From positions 1-60,062 of the IMG/VR virus record IMGVR_UViG_3300034420_000030: a stretch of 60,062 nt of DNA; one strand, given 5' to 3'. Each line of letters begins with the position of its first letter. Positions within the stretch are counted from its first letter, which is position 1. This DNA is from a virus. Its lineage: Duplodnaviria > Caudoviricetes. The notes below the pieces were generated by a model, which had not been told where the DNA came from, ran no database searches, and saw only the letters and a list, made by a program, of their open reading frames with translations. Shown here piece by piece: positions 25,242 through 33,973 of this stretch. A program made the translations under genes and the position numbers.

Positions 25242-25244
25242 CAC
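25177..25244 (+). repeat. Dispersed structured element, full copy
   Basis: CCAGATTGAAGA-GCAAGTC(AAA)GACTTGC-GATGATG-N23-GCCTGACAC. Confidence 0.9.
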
Positions 25245-25246
25245 AA

Positions 25247-25459
25247 ATGAGTAACCGCCAAGGCAAGATGCTGAAGGAAGCAGACTGCTACGTTCAATGT
25301 CCATACTGTCGCAAGGTTTTGAAAAACCGCAGATGGCTTGGGACGTGGCATTTGTGTTTGTTGCCCGAAGAGCGGGAAGCTATTGACAATTATCGCCGTA
25401 TGGCTGAAGCACAAAGGCGAGCTTCTTGTCCACAATTGCTCCGGAAAAACCGCCTATGA
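25247..25459 (+). CDS. Small zinc-finger protein
   Basis: CPYC...H.C; starts just after the element. Confidence 0.55.
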   Translation: MSNRQGKMLKEADCYVQCPYCRKVLKNRRWLGTWHLCLLPEEREAIDNYRRMAEAQRRASCPQLLRKNRL

Positions 25460-26007
25460 GCAACCGCCAGCGCACATTGAAGGACTTCTCCGAACTCAAG
25501 ATCGAGGAGCGCATCAACGTTACGGCCTTGGGGATCTTTCAGCTTGTCTTCAAAGGTGAAGCCAACGCGAAATTTGAGCCCGCCCAATCGAAAAGCCAGG
25601 TTCATCGTGTTTGGTCGATGAAGAAGCTGAATGAACGCCAGCAGATTGCCTGGGTAGAATTCATCGATACGATCAAGGCAGCACATGGCGAAAGCGGCAA
25701 AGTCTGCGGATCTTATGGTGAATATATTTCGAACGGTTCGGGAGATGGTTTTCGCCACCGGGACCCGGTGGCGAAAACCAATCACCATCACCGCAAGATC
25801 GAAGGATTAAAGGATTTTCTCACGCGCCATGAGAAAGCCTTGCTGCTTGATCTGCTGCAGGACACGTTAAAATCCGGAAGCGGTTTGCAGCTTGAAACCA
25901 TCGGCCTGGTGCGTAGCGGTTATTCAGACAAGGTTAGCGCCCGCGCTGCTGGCGTCGTGCATATCCAAGTGTTGCTTGACAGGTTGGCGGAATATTTTCG
26001 CGTTTAA
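25456..26007 (+). CDS. Putative late-transcription regulator (Q position)
   Basis: Last gene before the late promoter region; C-terminal HTH-like ...LLDRLAEYF. Confidence 0.6.
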   Translation: MSNRQRTLKDFSELKIEERINVTALGIFQLVFKGEANAKFEPAQSKSQVHRVWSMKKLNERQQIAWVEFIDTIKAAHGESGKVCGSYGEYISNGSGDGFRHRDPVAKTNHHHRKIEGLKDFLTRHEKALLLDLLQDTLKSGSGLQLETIGLVRSGYSDKVSARAAGVVHIQVLLDRLAEYFRV

Positions 26008-26011
26008 TGAG

Positions 26012-26090
26012 TTATCCACAGGAGATAAAAATATTTTCATATTCTCTTGACATTTGCTATTGACTTGAAAACACTTTCAAATTAATTTCA
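26012..26090 (+). promoter_or_regulatory. AT-rich late-promoter region with a perfect DnaA box
   Basis: TTATCCACA at 26012-26020; TTGACA and TTGACT hexamers follow. Confidence 0.55.
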
Positions 26091-26264
26091 GCTTCATCAG
26101 TCGCCCGTACTGCGTCTACTGTCCAGCAGGCAAGCCCCATCTTATCCCGAAAATCGTTGGAAATAAAGAGCTTTGGCCTTTGCTAGAGACTGTAGATAGT
26201 CGCGTCGATCGATCGATTTCGCTTGCGCAAAAGCTCAAATCATAGTTAGATGATTTCTCGAACT

Positions 26265-26357
26265 ACCTGAGTAGCTCAGTAGGAGAGCGGCGAGCGATAG
26301 GCGGTTAGTAGCCCCTTGAAACCCGTCAGGTCATCGGTGCAATTCCGATCTCAGGTT
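26265..26357 (+). tRNA. tRNA-like gene with ~20-nt insertion in the anticodon loop (pseudo or atypical)
   Basis: Acceptor ACCTGAG/CTCAGGT, D arm TAGCTCAGTAGGAGAGC, T arm ATCGG-TGCAATT-CCGAT. Confidence 0.7.
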
Positions 26358-26468
26358 CGAGGAGGCTATGCTAGTCACTGGCCTCCTCACCATTATGACC
26401 TGTCTCACCTGCCATGTGTAGGAGGAGCATTCGAGGCCGTCCTGGTTCGCCCTGGGCGGCTTCAGCCA

Positions 26469-26590
26469 TTTCTGGCGGGGCACCTGCCAAGTCGCAACTA
26501 GGTGTTGCCCGGATAAGCCCTTAAGGCCGGGCGAATTTAAGTCCACAGGGTCAGGACAGCGGCCGTAGCGCAGCCGCCCGCCAGAAACCA
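26469..26590 (+). ncRNA. Five-way-junction tRNA-like RNA ending in CCA
   Basis: TTTCTGGCGG/CCGCCAGAAA closing stem plus CCA; four internal hairpins. Confidence 0.6.
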
Positions 26591-26620
26591 CACTTTCCAA
26601 CATCGGAGAATGTCCGTCTA

Positions 26621-26770
26621 ATGTCTCTAGGTCTAGGCTTATGGCTGCAAGCCCAAGATGGCGAAGCAGGCGATGTAACGCCTCCACCTGAAGGTTTTGA
26701 AGGGTATTGGGACGACACTTCTGTCTTTTTCGATAATGAGACGATCTTTTTCGATCAAGAGGGCATTTGA
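26621..26770 (+). CDS. 49-aa putative fibre adaptor peptide (not in ORF track)
   Basis: MSLGLGLWLQ...YWDDTSVFFDNETIFFDQEGI; abuts next gene. Confidence 0.7.
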   Translation: MSLGLGLWLQAQDGEAGDVTPPPEGFEGYWDDTSVFFDNETIFFDQEGI

Positions 26771-28762
26771 TTGGCCTATGATCCTATTCTGCAAGGGCCT
26801 TTGCCAGCCCCGCGCGACAGCATCAAGGCTGGCGGCGAGAAACTCAATGCGATGCTGGCGGAGTTGTACAGCCTGCAAAACACGTTCGCGTTTGGCATTC
26901 CCGCAACGGCGGTTGGCATCAGCACGGCAAATACCGGAGCGCAGAACAAGGCGGCCTTCGAAGCGTTCATCGCCCTGGCGGATCTGGCGATTATTCGCGA
27001 TGAGTATCGTACCGGCCGCGCGCTGATTTTTCCTGTCGCGGATGTCCCTTATATTTTTGACGGCGAGACCGTCGTCCGCTGCACCATGGAAATTCGCGGC
27101 GGCGGTGTTCATCAGCGGTTCACGGGTAGCCCGGTCATCCAGTTTACGGATGGTTGGGAGTATGGCTGGCGGTTTCCTTACGTTGATGTCGGCGATCCTG
27201 TTGCCGGCGGATGGTGGTGTAGGGTCAAGGATCTGGAGTTCAAGCCGACGACGGCCGGCGGCGTCGATTACGGCATCATCAACAACTGCTCGATGTTTTT
27301 CGACAATGTGAGCTGCCTGAATTTCAAATATGGCGGTTTTCTGTCGGCTGGTCAGTCGAGCGGTACTCACGACGTTCCCGCGCCCTACGAAACAGGCGGC
27401 GCTACGACCATGCTCGGCAGCGTCAATATCACTCGGTTCCTGTGGTGTTCGGGGCGAGGATCGACGCAAGGGGATGGCTTTATCGCTAGCGGAAACATTG
27501 CTGCGATCATCCTTTACGACCAGTGTAACGGGCAGCTTAACAATGGCTGCGGCTTCCGCGATAATACGTCGATTGGCTGCTATTACGCATTCTGCCATAC
27601 AGCGCAAAACAGCGTAAAGACGACGCACCATGGCGGCACGACAGGCTCGACGACGGATGCAGCAGGCTATGCGATCAACGCGACGACGATAAACCTTGCG
27701 AGTGCAGGCGTTGGGGCGATCGATGTCAATGATCTGGTCAGCTTCGACAATGGTGACACCACGCGCTATCTTGTGACGGCGGGCGATGACGATGTATCGA
27801 ATGGCGGCAGTCTGACCATATCCACGCGCATCTCCGCATCAGGCACGATCGAATCCGGTACGGGCTTGAAAGTTGCCATTCCTACGAGCGCGACCGCGAT
27901 CACCGTCTACAAGTTTTACGCCTCCATCAAGGACCACACATCCGGCGCGACGACTGAGCCTGGCATTGGCGCGGATTGGAAAACATATTGGGTGCCTGTC
28001 ACCGGGCAGATTGCCGATAATGCTTGGACCACGTCGACATTTTTCCGCGCGACCGGCGGCATAAATTGCGTCTTTGATCCAACGTCGGCACCGTGCCATG
28101 TGAATATTGGCCAATATAGCGAGGGTGGCCAAGAGGTTGGATATGTCCCACGCGGGGCTGGGTACGCCTATGGCGGCAACATCTGGACGGGGCGCGCCTA
28201 TATCGGGCCTGATGCGAGCGGATTTCAGTTTCCGACGAACACGCCGACATGGAAATCTAGTGACGAGACGCATAGTTGGGGCGCCGGCTTAGGAACTGGC
28301 TATACGGCGGCCAATGTCTTCGCTTGCGGCGACACCAACGACACCGATGTTAACCCGTCTACGCCCAACAAGGGCGGATTGCAGCTATCCTACAATCCGT
28401 CGCGGAATTCCTGGGAATGGATCAAGGGGACATCGAACCGCGTTCATGCCGTTAGCGGCCCTGGATATTCGCGCAGCGGCTACACGCAGGACGGCTTGGC
28501 GATCGCCGAGAAAGGCATCGTGTACGGTGGCTGGAACGGTACATCCGCAACGCCGAACACCACCTTGGCGCGGCGTATGCCATATACGAGCCGTGCCGCA
28601 ATACCATCCGGCACAGTCCTGGTGAAAGGCGATTTCCTCGATTACACCGACGCGGCAGCGGTCGGCGATGTCGCCGTCGAGAAGGTTACCGTAGCCGGCA
28701 CGACGACCGCCATTGGCGGCGTTGGCGTCACTTTCGCCATCGTTTCGCGCATTGTGGCCTGA
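26771..28762 (+). CDS. Fibre/spike protein with beta-helix-like body
   Basis: N-terminal DSIKAGGEKLNAMLAELY anchor; G/T/N-rich pectate-lyase-like region. Confidence 0.8.
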   Translation: MAYDPILQGPLPAPRDSIKAGGEKLNAMLAELYSLQNTFAFGIPATAVGISTANTGAQNKAAFEAFIALADLAIIRDEYRTGRALIFPVADVPYIFDGETVVRCTMEIRGGGVHQRFTGSPVIQFTDGWEYGWRFPYVDVGDPVAGGWWCRVKDLEFKPTTAGGVDYGIINNCSMFFDNVSCLNFKYGGFLSAGQSSGTHDVPAPYETGGATTMLGSVNITRFLWCSGRGSTQGDGFIASGNIAAIILYDQCNGQLNNGCGFRDNTSIGCYYAFCHTAQNSVKTTHHGGTTGSTTDAAGYAINATTINLASAGVGAIDVNDLVSFDNGDTTRYLVTAGDDDVSNGGSLTISTRISASGTIESGTGLKVAIPTSATAITVYKFYASIKDHTSGATTEPGIGADWKTYWVPVTGQIADNAWTTSTFFRATGGINCVFDPTSAPCHVNIGQYSEGGQEVGYVPRGAGYAYGGNIWTGRAYIGPDASGFQFPTNTPTWKSSDETHSWGAGLGTGYTAANVFACGDTNDTDVNPSTPNKGGLQLSYNPSRNSWEWIKGTSNRVHAVSGPGYSRSGYTQDGLAIAEKGIVYGGWNGTSATPNTTLARRMPYTSRAAIPSGTVLVKGDFLDYTDAAAVGDVAVEKVTVAGTTTAIGGVGVTFAIVSRIVA

Positions 28763-28782
28763 AACCAAAGAAAGTCATACAG

Positions 28783-29184
28783 ATGGCTGAATATTCCGCC
28801 GCCGCCGCCAATGCCATGTTGGATCCTTTCGAAGCCACGGTTGGCGCCAACGCCGTGCTTAAAATCCGCACCGGAGCGCGCCCTGCCCATGTCGCCGATG
28901 CCGATACGGGCACGGTTCTGGCGACCCTGTCACTGCCGGCCGTCTGGATGGCGACAGCGTCTGGAGGCTCCAAAGCCAAAGCCGGAACTTGGGAAGACCT
29001 CAGTGCCGACAACACCGGCACGGCCGAGCATTACCGCCTCTATGAATCTGACGGCACCACATGTCATCATCAGGGCAGCGTTACGATAACTGGAGGCGGA
29101 GGTGACATGACCCTCGATAGCATATCGTTCACAGCCGGCCAAAGTTTCAGCGTTACCGGCTTTACTCTGACGATCAATATTTGA
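28783..29184 (+). CDS. Conserved virion fibre-associated beta-sandwich protein
   Basis: LKIRTGARPA..AD..TGTVLATL...GTA.HYR...QGSVT..GGGGD. Confidence 0.8.
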   Translation: MAEYSAAAANAMLDPFEATVGANAVLKIRTGARPAHVADADTGTVLATLSLPAVWMATASGGSKAKAGTWEDLSADNTGTAEHYRLYESDGTTCHHQGSVTITGGGGDMTLDSISFTAGQSFSVTGFTLTINI

Positions 29185-29188
29185 CACC

Positions 29189-29542
29189 ATGACCATCACC
29201 ATTGCCGGGTTTGAAGGCTCTGAGACCGTCTCGACGACGGAATGGTCTCTGACGACCGATACGGCTGGTCCGGACAGCTCAACGACGGATGGAATTTTTC
29301 AGGTCTTCCTTGACCTCAATGCCTTGGCGGCAGGCGATACGTTTACCTTTACCGTTTATGAGACGGTGGCGACATCGGCCGGAACGCAGCGAAAGTTTTA
29401 TATGGCGGTTTTTTCTGGTGTGCAAGGAACGCCGATCTGGGTATCTCCAACGCTAGTTCTCGGCGTCGGTTGGGACGCCACGATCATCAAGAATGCTGGC
29501 ACGGATCGCAGCATTGTTTGGCGAATTGCGCAGGTGGCTTGA
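29189..29542 (+). CDS. Virion fibre-associated protein
   Basis: Thr-rich beta protein in fibre block. Confidence 0.75.
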   Translation: MTITIAGFEGSETVSTTEWSLTTDTAGPDSSTTDGIFQVFLDLNALAAGDTFTFTVYETVATSAGTQRKFYMAVFSGVQGTPIWVSPTLVLGVGWDATIIKNAGTDRSIVWRIAQVA

Positions 29543-30393
29543 TGGGCTTGATCATTCCGGCCCGTCCGATCTGGGCATTTAGCTCCAGCTCTTACCCGGC
29601 GACGCCGACAACCCTACAGAGTGGTGTCGCCGTAACCGCTGGAGCTAATAACGCCGATGGGACTGCTGTCGCAGTCGTTCCGACACTGACACATGATTGC
29701 GAATTCCTTGAGATCGGGATAAGCGGGTTTAACGCCACCGGAACAGCGCAGCAAGTTTTGATGGATATCCTTGTCGATCCGGCCGGCGGCACGACCTGGA
29801 GCACGCTCATAGCGGATTTGCTATGCGGCTATACCGGCATTCGCGGGCAGACGACGGGGTTCTCGTCCTGCATGTATTTTTTCCCACTGTGGATACCAGT
29901 GGGAAGCTCATTAGGCGCGCAAGCCAGGACCTCGCATACGGCAACCGAGGCTGGCGATATTTCAATCGTCGCTCGTGGCGGCAATGCAAATCCTGGCTCT
30001 TGGTGGTGCGGCCAATCCGTTGAAACGATCGGCGTTGATCCTTCGACAAGCCAAGGGACATTGATTACGCCCGGCAATACGGGAGCGTATTCGAGCTGGG
30101 TTGATCTCGGCGCGCCAACGACTGTGGCCAGGCATGGCGGGGCTGTGCAGTTTGGAGTGCAGGCCAATGGCGCCGCAACGAATAGCCGTGGGTTTTATGT
30201 TGAATTTGGCATAGGTGGCCAGAGCATAGGATCTCCTGTCCGCATGTGCATCAGCACCGGGGAAAGCGGTTGCACATATCCCATGGGCGTGACTTTTGCC
30301 GACATTGCAGCGGGCGCTCAGCTCCAAGCCAGAGGGACTGCGAATGGCGTCAACACCGATCAGGTTGGCTGCGCCGCCTATATTGTGAGCTAG
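29542..30393 (+). CDS. Virion fibre-associated protein (two jelly-roll-like repeats)
   Basis: TGATG-coupled; two IP.G..L.A-type endings. Confidence 0.75.
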   Translation: MGLIIPARPIWAFSSSSYPATPTTLQSGVAVTAGANNADGTAVAVVPTLTHDCEFLEIGISGFNATGTAQQVLMDILVDPAGGTTWSTLIADLLCGYTGIRGQTTGFSSCMYFFPLWIPVGSSLGAQARTSHTATEAGDISIVARGGNANPGSWWCGQSVETIGVDPSTSQGTLITPGNTGAYSSWVDLGAPTTVARHGGAVQFGVQANGAATNSRGFYVEFGIGGQSIGSPVRMCISTGESGCTYPMGVTFADIAAGAQLQARGTANGVNTDQVGCAAYIVS

Positions 30394-30394
30394 C

Positions 30395-30640
30395 ATGGCC
30401 TGGCTCTATCAACCTCTCCTGCCAGGAGGCGCGCAGCAGCAAAGTTCGAACGCACTATCTGGAACTGCCAGCCAGAATATTACGCCGTCACAAACGGTCA
30501 CGGGGACCCTGGAGATTGCAGGGGTTGCCAGTCAGAATGTCACGCCAGCCCTGATAGCGGCCGGAGTTGGAAATGGGACGCCTGCAACGCCTGGATACAG
30601 AGGCAACGGCCTAAGTCTTGGCTTGGGCCTCCATCTTTGA
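30395..30640 (+). CDS. 81-aa linker/adaptor with C-terminal GLSLGLGLHL
   Basis: Two G.ASQN.TP repeats; docking motif at C-terminus. Confidence 0.75.
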   Translation: MAWLYQPLLPGGAQQQSSNALSGTASQNITPSQTVTGTLEIAGVASQNVTPALIAAGVGNGTPATPGYRGNGLSLGLGLHL

Positions 30641-30655
30641 AAGTCAAAGCAACCA

Positions 30656-32578
30656 ATGACTAACTTTTATCCTCCGAGCAGTCCGCTCGGCGCCTTGAAC
30701 AGCGTTGACGATCTCAACCAGATCCTGCGCCGGCCTCCCAAGATCTACACAACGGACGTGACCGCCTCGATTGGCGACATCGGTTCGACCGTGTTCATGA
30801 ATTCGGCTCTGTCCAATAGCTATACCATTCCCCGCGCTTCAAGTCTGGTGACGCCATTCCCGCTTTATGCCGAGCCTCTCGTGATCGTGCAGATGGGTGC
30901 TGGCGCGACGTTGGTCCAGTTCGGCGCTGGGACGACGGTCAATGGTGTGGCTAGTGGTTCCATATCACTTGCTGCGCCCGGAGACATGGCCAGGCTTTGG
31001 CAATATGCCCCAGACACCTGGATCGCTTCAACGCAGGCCAGTGGCACCTCGGGCGCCTCTCAGGCCGGCGGTTTGGAGTTCCGTGGCGTCTCGATCGGCT
31101 CCTCTTACGCCATTCAAGGTTTTAACAATGGCGCCGGGTTGATGTCACGCTGCACGCGCGCGCGCAAGCTTTGCCTAGCGCCGTTTCGCTATTATCGCGT
31201 GGTCATTCCCGTCATCTATCCGTTCGGGTCTCCAGTCATCGACACGTTCCTGTCAGGCACCTGGCGTTTTCAGCATGGCATGCTCAACGCCCATGTTGAC
31301 GCCTCGACCGGGCTGCCCGCTAGGCGTGCCACAACCTTTTCTGGCGCTACGCAATTCGAATATGTCTCATCGACATGGGACACAGCAGTAGGGTGGTTCA
31401 TTTCGGATCTGATGGATGCCGGCTCCACCATCGAGGCCGGTAACTTTTTTGAAGAATATCTGACGATCGAAACGACGGCTCCAGGCACAAACATCTTGCC
31501 TTATGTCCGCAATGGCACCAATATTCTGCAGCGTCGGATCTGCGTCAATGACACCGCCACCAGCCAGATCGCGGCCTATGGCGGCGCGTCCGATGTGGCG
31601 TTGACCGCCACCTCCATGACGCAACTGGGAACGGGGGCCGGCGGCGCATCAAACTATTATATGCCGACGTTCATTATTGGCGGCATCGATCCAACGATAC
31701 CTGTCTATGGACTTTTAGGCGACAGTATCGCATACGGCGTCGGAGAGGGCGCTACGGCATCGCAAAACGCCATCGGCGATCCGCTTGGCGCTCAAAATGG
31801 AGCCGCCGGTTGTTATGAGCGTTGGTTAGCTTCTTATGGTCGCGCATTCTGCAGTTTGTCTCGCGGTTCCGATCGCGTTGAATATGTCAACTCCGATACC
31901 GGACGGGCGCTCACACGCAAATTGATGGCGCAGGTGCTTAATCCCGACAGCTTGATCATTCAGCTTGGCTTCAACGATCTGTCGAATTCGGCGGCGACGA
32001 CATGGGGCGCGACAACGGCATACACTAAATATCAGTGTCTCTCGACTGGCACGCGAGCCTATATGGTTACGGTAGCCGGTACCTCGGGTGCCTCCGCCCC
32101 AACGATTGAGCAGCCTGATGTTGTTGACGGCACTTGCCATTTGCGCTTTCTCGGCACGATATCGACAGTCGAGCAGGGAGCAGCCTGGGGCTTGCTTTGC
32201 CGCCAAAAGAAGCTAATCGATCAGATGTTGGCGTTAAAGCCAGGCATTACGTTCAAGGCCGCCAAGCTAACGCCAAACGCAACATCGACGGATGCATTTG
32301 CCACTACCGTCAATCAGACCACATCGGTCATTGGCTGGGACGCAGGCGAGCGCCGGGATTATTATAATGATCTTCTCGACAATGGCATCGTTCAAGCCTG
32401 GCTCCCGATCAATCAGGTGCTTGACGCCAATGCTGGCATAGAAAGCACGCCCCATGAAGGCAAATGGGCGGTTGATGGCAGCGCCAATTACAATACATTC
32501 GACGGCACGCATCCCAATAGCGGCGGTGCATTGCGAGGTTCGCAATCTACTGGCCTGCCGGCAACGCTTGCCCCATGA
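30656..32578 (+). CDS. Fibre with SGNH/GDSL esterase domain
   Basis: LLGDSIAYG, QLGFND, DGTHPN. Confidence 0.85.
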   Translation: MTNFYPPSSPLGALNSVDDLNQILRRPPKIYTTDVTASIGDIGSTVFMNSALSNSYTIPRASSLVTPFPLYAEPLVIVQMGAGATLVQFGAGTTVNGVASGSISLAAPGDMARLWQYAPDTWIASTQASGTSGASQAGGLEFRGVSIGSSYAIQGFNNGAGLMSRCTRARKLCLAPFRYYRVVIPVIYPFGSPVIDTFLSGTWRFQHGMLNAHVDASTGLPARRATTFSGATQFEYVSSTWDTAVGWFISDLMDAGSTIEAGNFFEEYLTIETTAPGTNILPYVRNGTNILQRRICVNDTATSQIAAYGGASDVALTATSMTQLGTGAGGASNYYMPTFIIGGIDPTIPVYGLLGDSIAYGVGEGATASQNAIGDPLGAQNGAAGCYERWLASYGRAFCSLSRGSDRVEYVNSDTGRALTRKLMAQVLNPDSLIIQLGFNDLSNSAATTWGATTAYTKYQCLSTGTRAYMVTVAGTSGASAPTIEQPDVVDGTCHLRFLGTISTVEQGAAWGLLCRQKKLIDQMLALKPGITFKAAKLTPNATSTDAFATTVNQTTSVIGWDAGERRDYYNDLLDNGIVQAWLPINQVLDANAGIESTPHEGKWAVDGSANYNTFDGTHPNSGGALRGSQSTGLPATLAP

Positions 32579-32901
32579 GTTATTCGCTCACCGATAAGAT
32601 CGTCATCTACCTGCAAAGCCAGGGCATCGACGGCGCTCGCGTGGAAAAGTCGATGATCATCATCCCTCTGCCGGGCGGCGAGACATTTGAGCGGCCTATT
32701 CAGGCCGTCGTAACCACCGAGAAGCTCGATCAACTCATCAAGGATTATAAGGAGCACATCAATGGCCAAGAAAACAGCGCCGGCTTAGACGGCGCCCGCA
32801 CCGAAGCCGGTCTCCAAGCCAACGTCAGGCAAAGGCATGGGTGGGAAAAGAGGCTGTTGAAGACAAACCGTGCGTCACGTGATTTTCCTCTTGTAACGTG
32901 A
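32575..32901 (+). CDS. Hypothetical protein
   Basis: ATGA-coupled. Confidence 0.55.
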   Translation: MSYSLTDKIVIYLQSQGIDGARVEKSMIIIPLPGGETFERPIQAVVTTEKLDQLIKDYKEHINGQENSAGLDGARTEAGLQANVRQRHGWEKRLLKTNRASRDFPLVT

Positions 32902-32926
32902 CGCGAAGCCGTCTATGTAACGTGAC

Positions 32927-33205
32927 ATGAGCAACGAAACGTTACAGACCATAAGCCGTGTACGACGCGCAATGCCTCGCAACCTAGATGTGATGACGGT
33001 ATGCGACGAGCTTGAGCATCATCTTACCGGCGTCATCATCACTCCGGTCATTGACATGGGACGGACAATCAAGGCAAATGAAACCATCGATATGACTATT
33101 ACGATTGATGGGAAGTGCTCCGTTTGTGAAGCGCGAAGAGCTGCTGATAGAGCAAGGACAATGAAATTTCGCAAGCGTCGTCAGAAAGCCAAAGCCAATG
33201 ACTGA
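32927..33205 (+). CDS. Hypothetical protein with CxxC and basic tail
   Basis: ORF before terminase. Confidence 0.6.
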   Translation: MSNETLQTISRVRRAMPRNLDVMTVCDELEHHLTGVIITPVIDMGRTIKANETIDMTITIDGKCSVCEARRAADRARTMKFRKRRQKAKAND

Positions 33206-33425
33206 ATTCAAAACCGGCGATATCGTCAGGCGTAAGCTCTCCATGTTCAATTATCATCCCCCAGCTTTCGAGCATATTGCCAACTATTGGTTTAATCTAC
33301 ATGTGCAGGCAGTGCAAGGCGACGATCCGTTAAAAGTCTTACTGACGCAGCGGCGCGTCGAAAAGTATCGCCACAATGATCCATGCGGACGAGATGTCGT
33401 AATTGTTCAAGACATGAGGCGTTAG
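33198..33425 (+). CDS. Hypothetical protein
   Basis: FKTGDIVR start motif. Confidence 0.55.
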   Translation: MTEFKTGDIVRRKLSMFNYHPPAFEHIANYWFNLHVQAVQGDDPLKVLLTQRRVEKYRHNDPCGRDVVIVQDMRR

Positions 33426-33460
33426 ACTGAAATGGCATCCGGTAAACTCGTCAGATCAAT

Positions 33461-33973
33461 ATGACCGAACTACCGTTATCGAATGCGCGTCATGAAGCCT
33501 ATGCACAAGGTCTATCCTCTGGTAAGACGTCTGATCAAGCATATGCCGATGCTGGGTATAAGCGCAATCGCAAGAATGCCACACGCCTAAAGACAAACAA
33601 AGACGTTGTAAGTCGAGTGGCCTATCTGCAAGCGCAAAAGGCTTCAATACAACAAGACGCTTTGAAAGCCATCGCACAGAAAGAAGTTCTCACACGGCAA
33701 TGGGTGTTGGACAACTTAGTCAAGAATGCTCGCATGTGCATGGGGCTTGATCCGGCGCCAAGTGGACATCAGCCCGCTGGCGCTAACAAGGCACTTGAGC
33801 TTCTGGGTAAAGAGCTTGGCATGTTTATCGAGCGCAAGGAAGAAGGCAAGCCTGGCGAGTTTGCGGAACTAGATGAGCTTACAGACGCGGACCTCGTCGA
33901 TATCGCCAGAAGAAGCGGCAGCCGAGCTATTGAGGCGGCGTTTGGCTCGTCGGGGTCTACTGGCGTTCACTAG
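33461..33973 (+). CDS. terS: Terminase small subunit
   Basis: RHEAYAQ...AY..AGY.....ATRL...ANKALELLGKELGMF. Confidence 0.9.
   Translation: MTELPLSNARHEAYAQGLSSGKTSDQAYADAGYKRNRKNATRLKTNKDVVSRVAYLQAQKASIQQDALKAIAQKEVLTRQWVLDNLVKNARMCMGLDPAPSGHQPAGANKALELLGKELGMFIERKEEGKPGEFAELDELTDADLVDIARRSGSRAIEAAFGSSGSTGVH

Noticed and set aside
342-25244. Element family as hammerhead ribozymes (TTGAAGA-stem-GATG resembles CUGANGA-stem II-GAAA)
   Set aside because: The core C3 and GAAA are not matched, and no consistent stems I/III or cleavage triplet are present.
342-25244. Element family as sigma70 promoters (TTGAAG...GATGAT)
   Set aside because: Spacing between the hexamers varies from 8 to 26 bp.
342-25244. 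Element family as a CRISPR or TIGR array (box C/D-like TGATGA...CTGA around a fixed-length spacer)
   Set aside because: Copies are dispersed, lie inside ORFs and occur in both orientations; no Cas or Nop-domain protein was recognised. A guide-like role of the 23-nt spacer cannot be fully excluded without a target search.
26359-26430. HDV-like (theta) ribozyme after the tRNA-like gene
   Set aside because: GCC-TCCTCAC resembles P3/L3, but the closing P3 strand and nested pseudoknot are missing.
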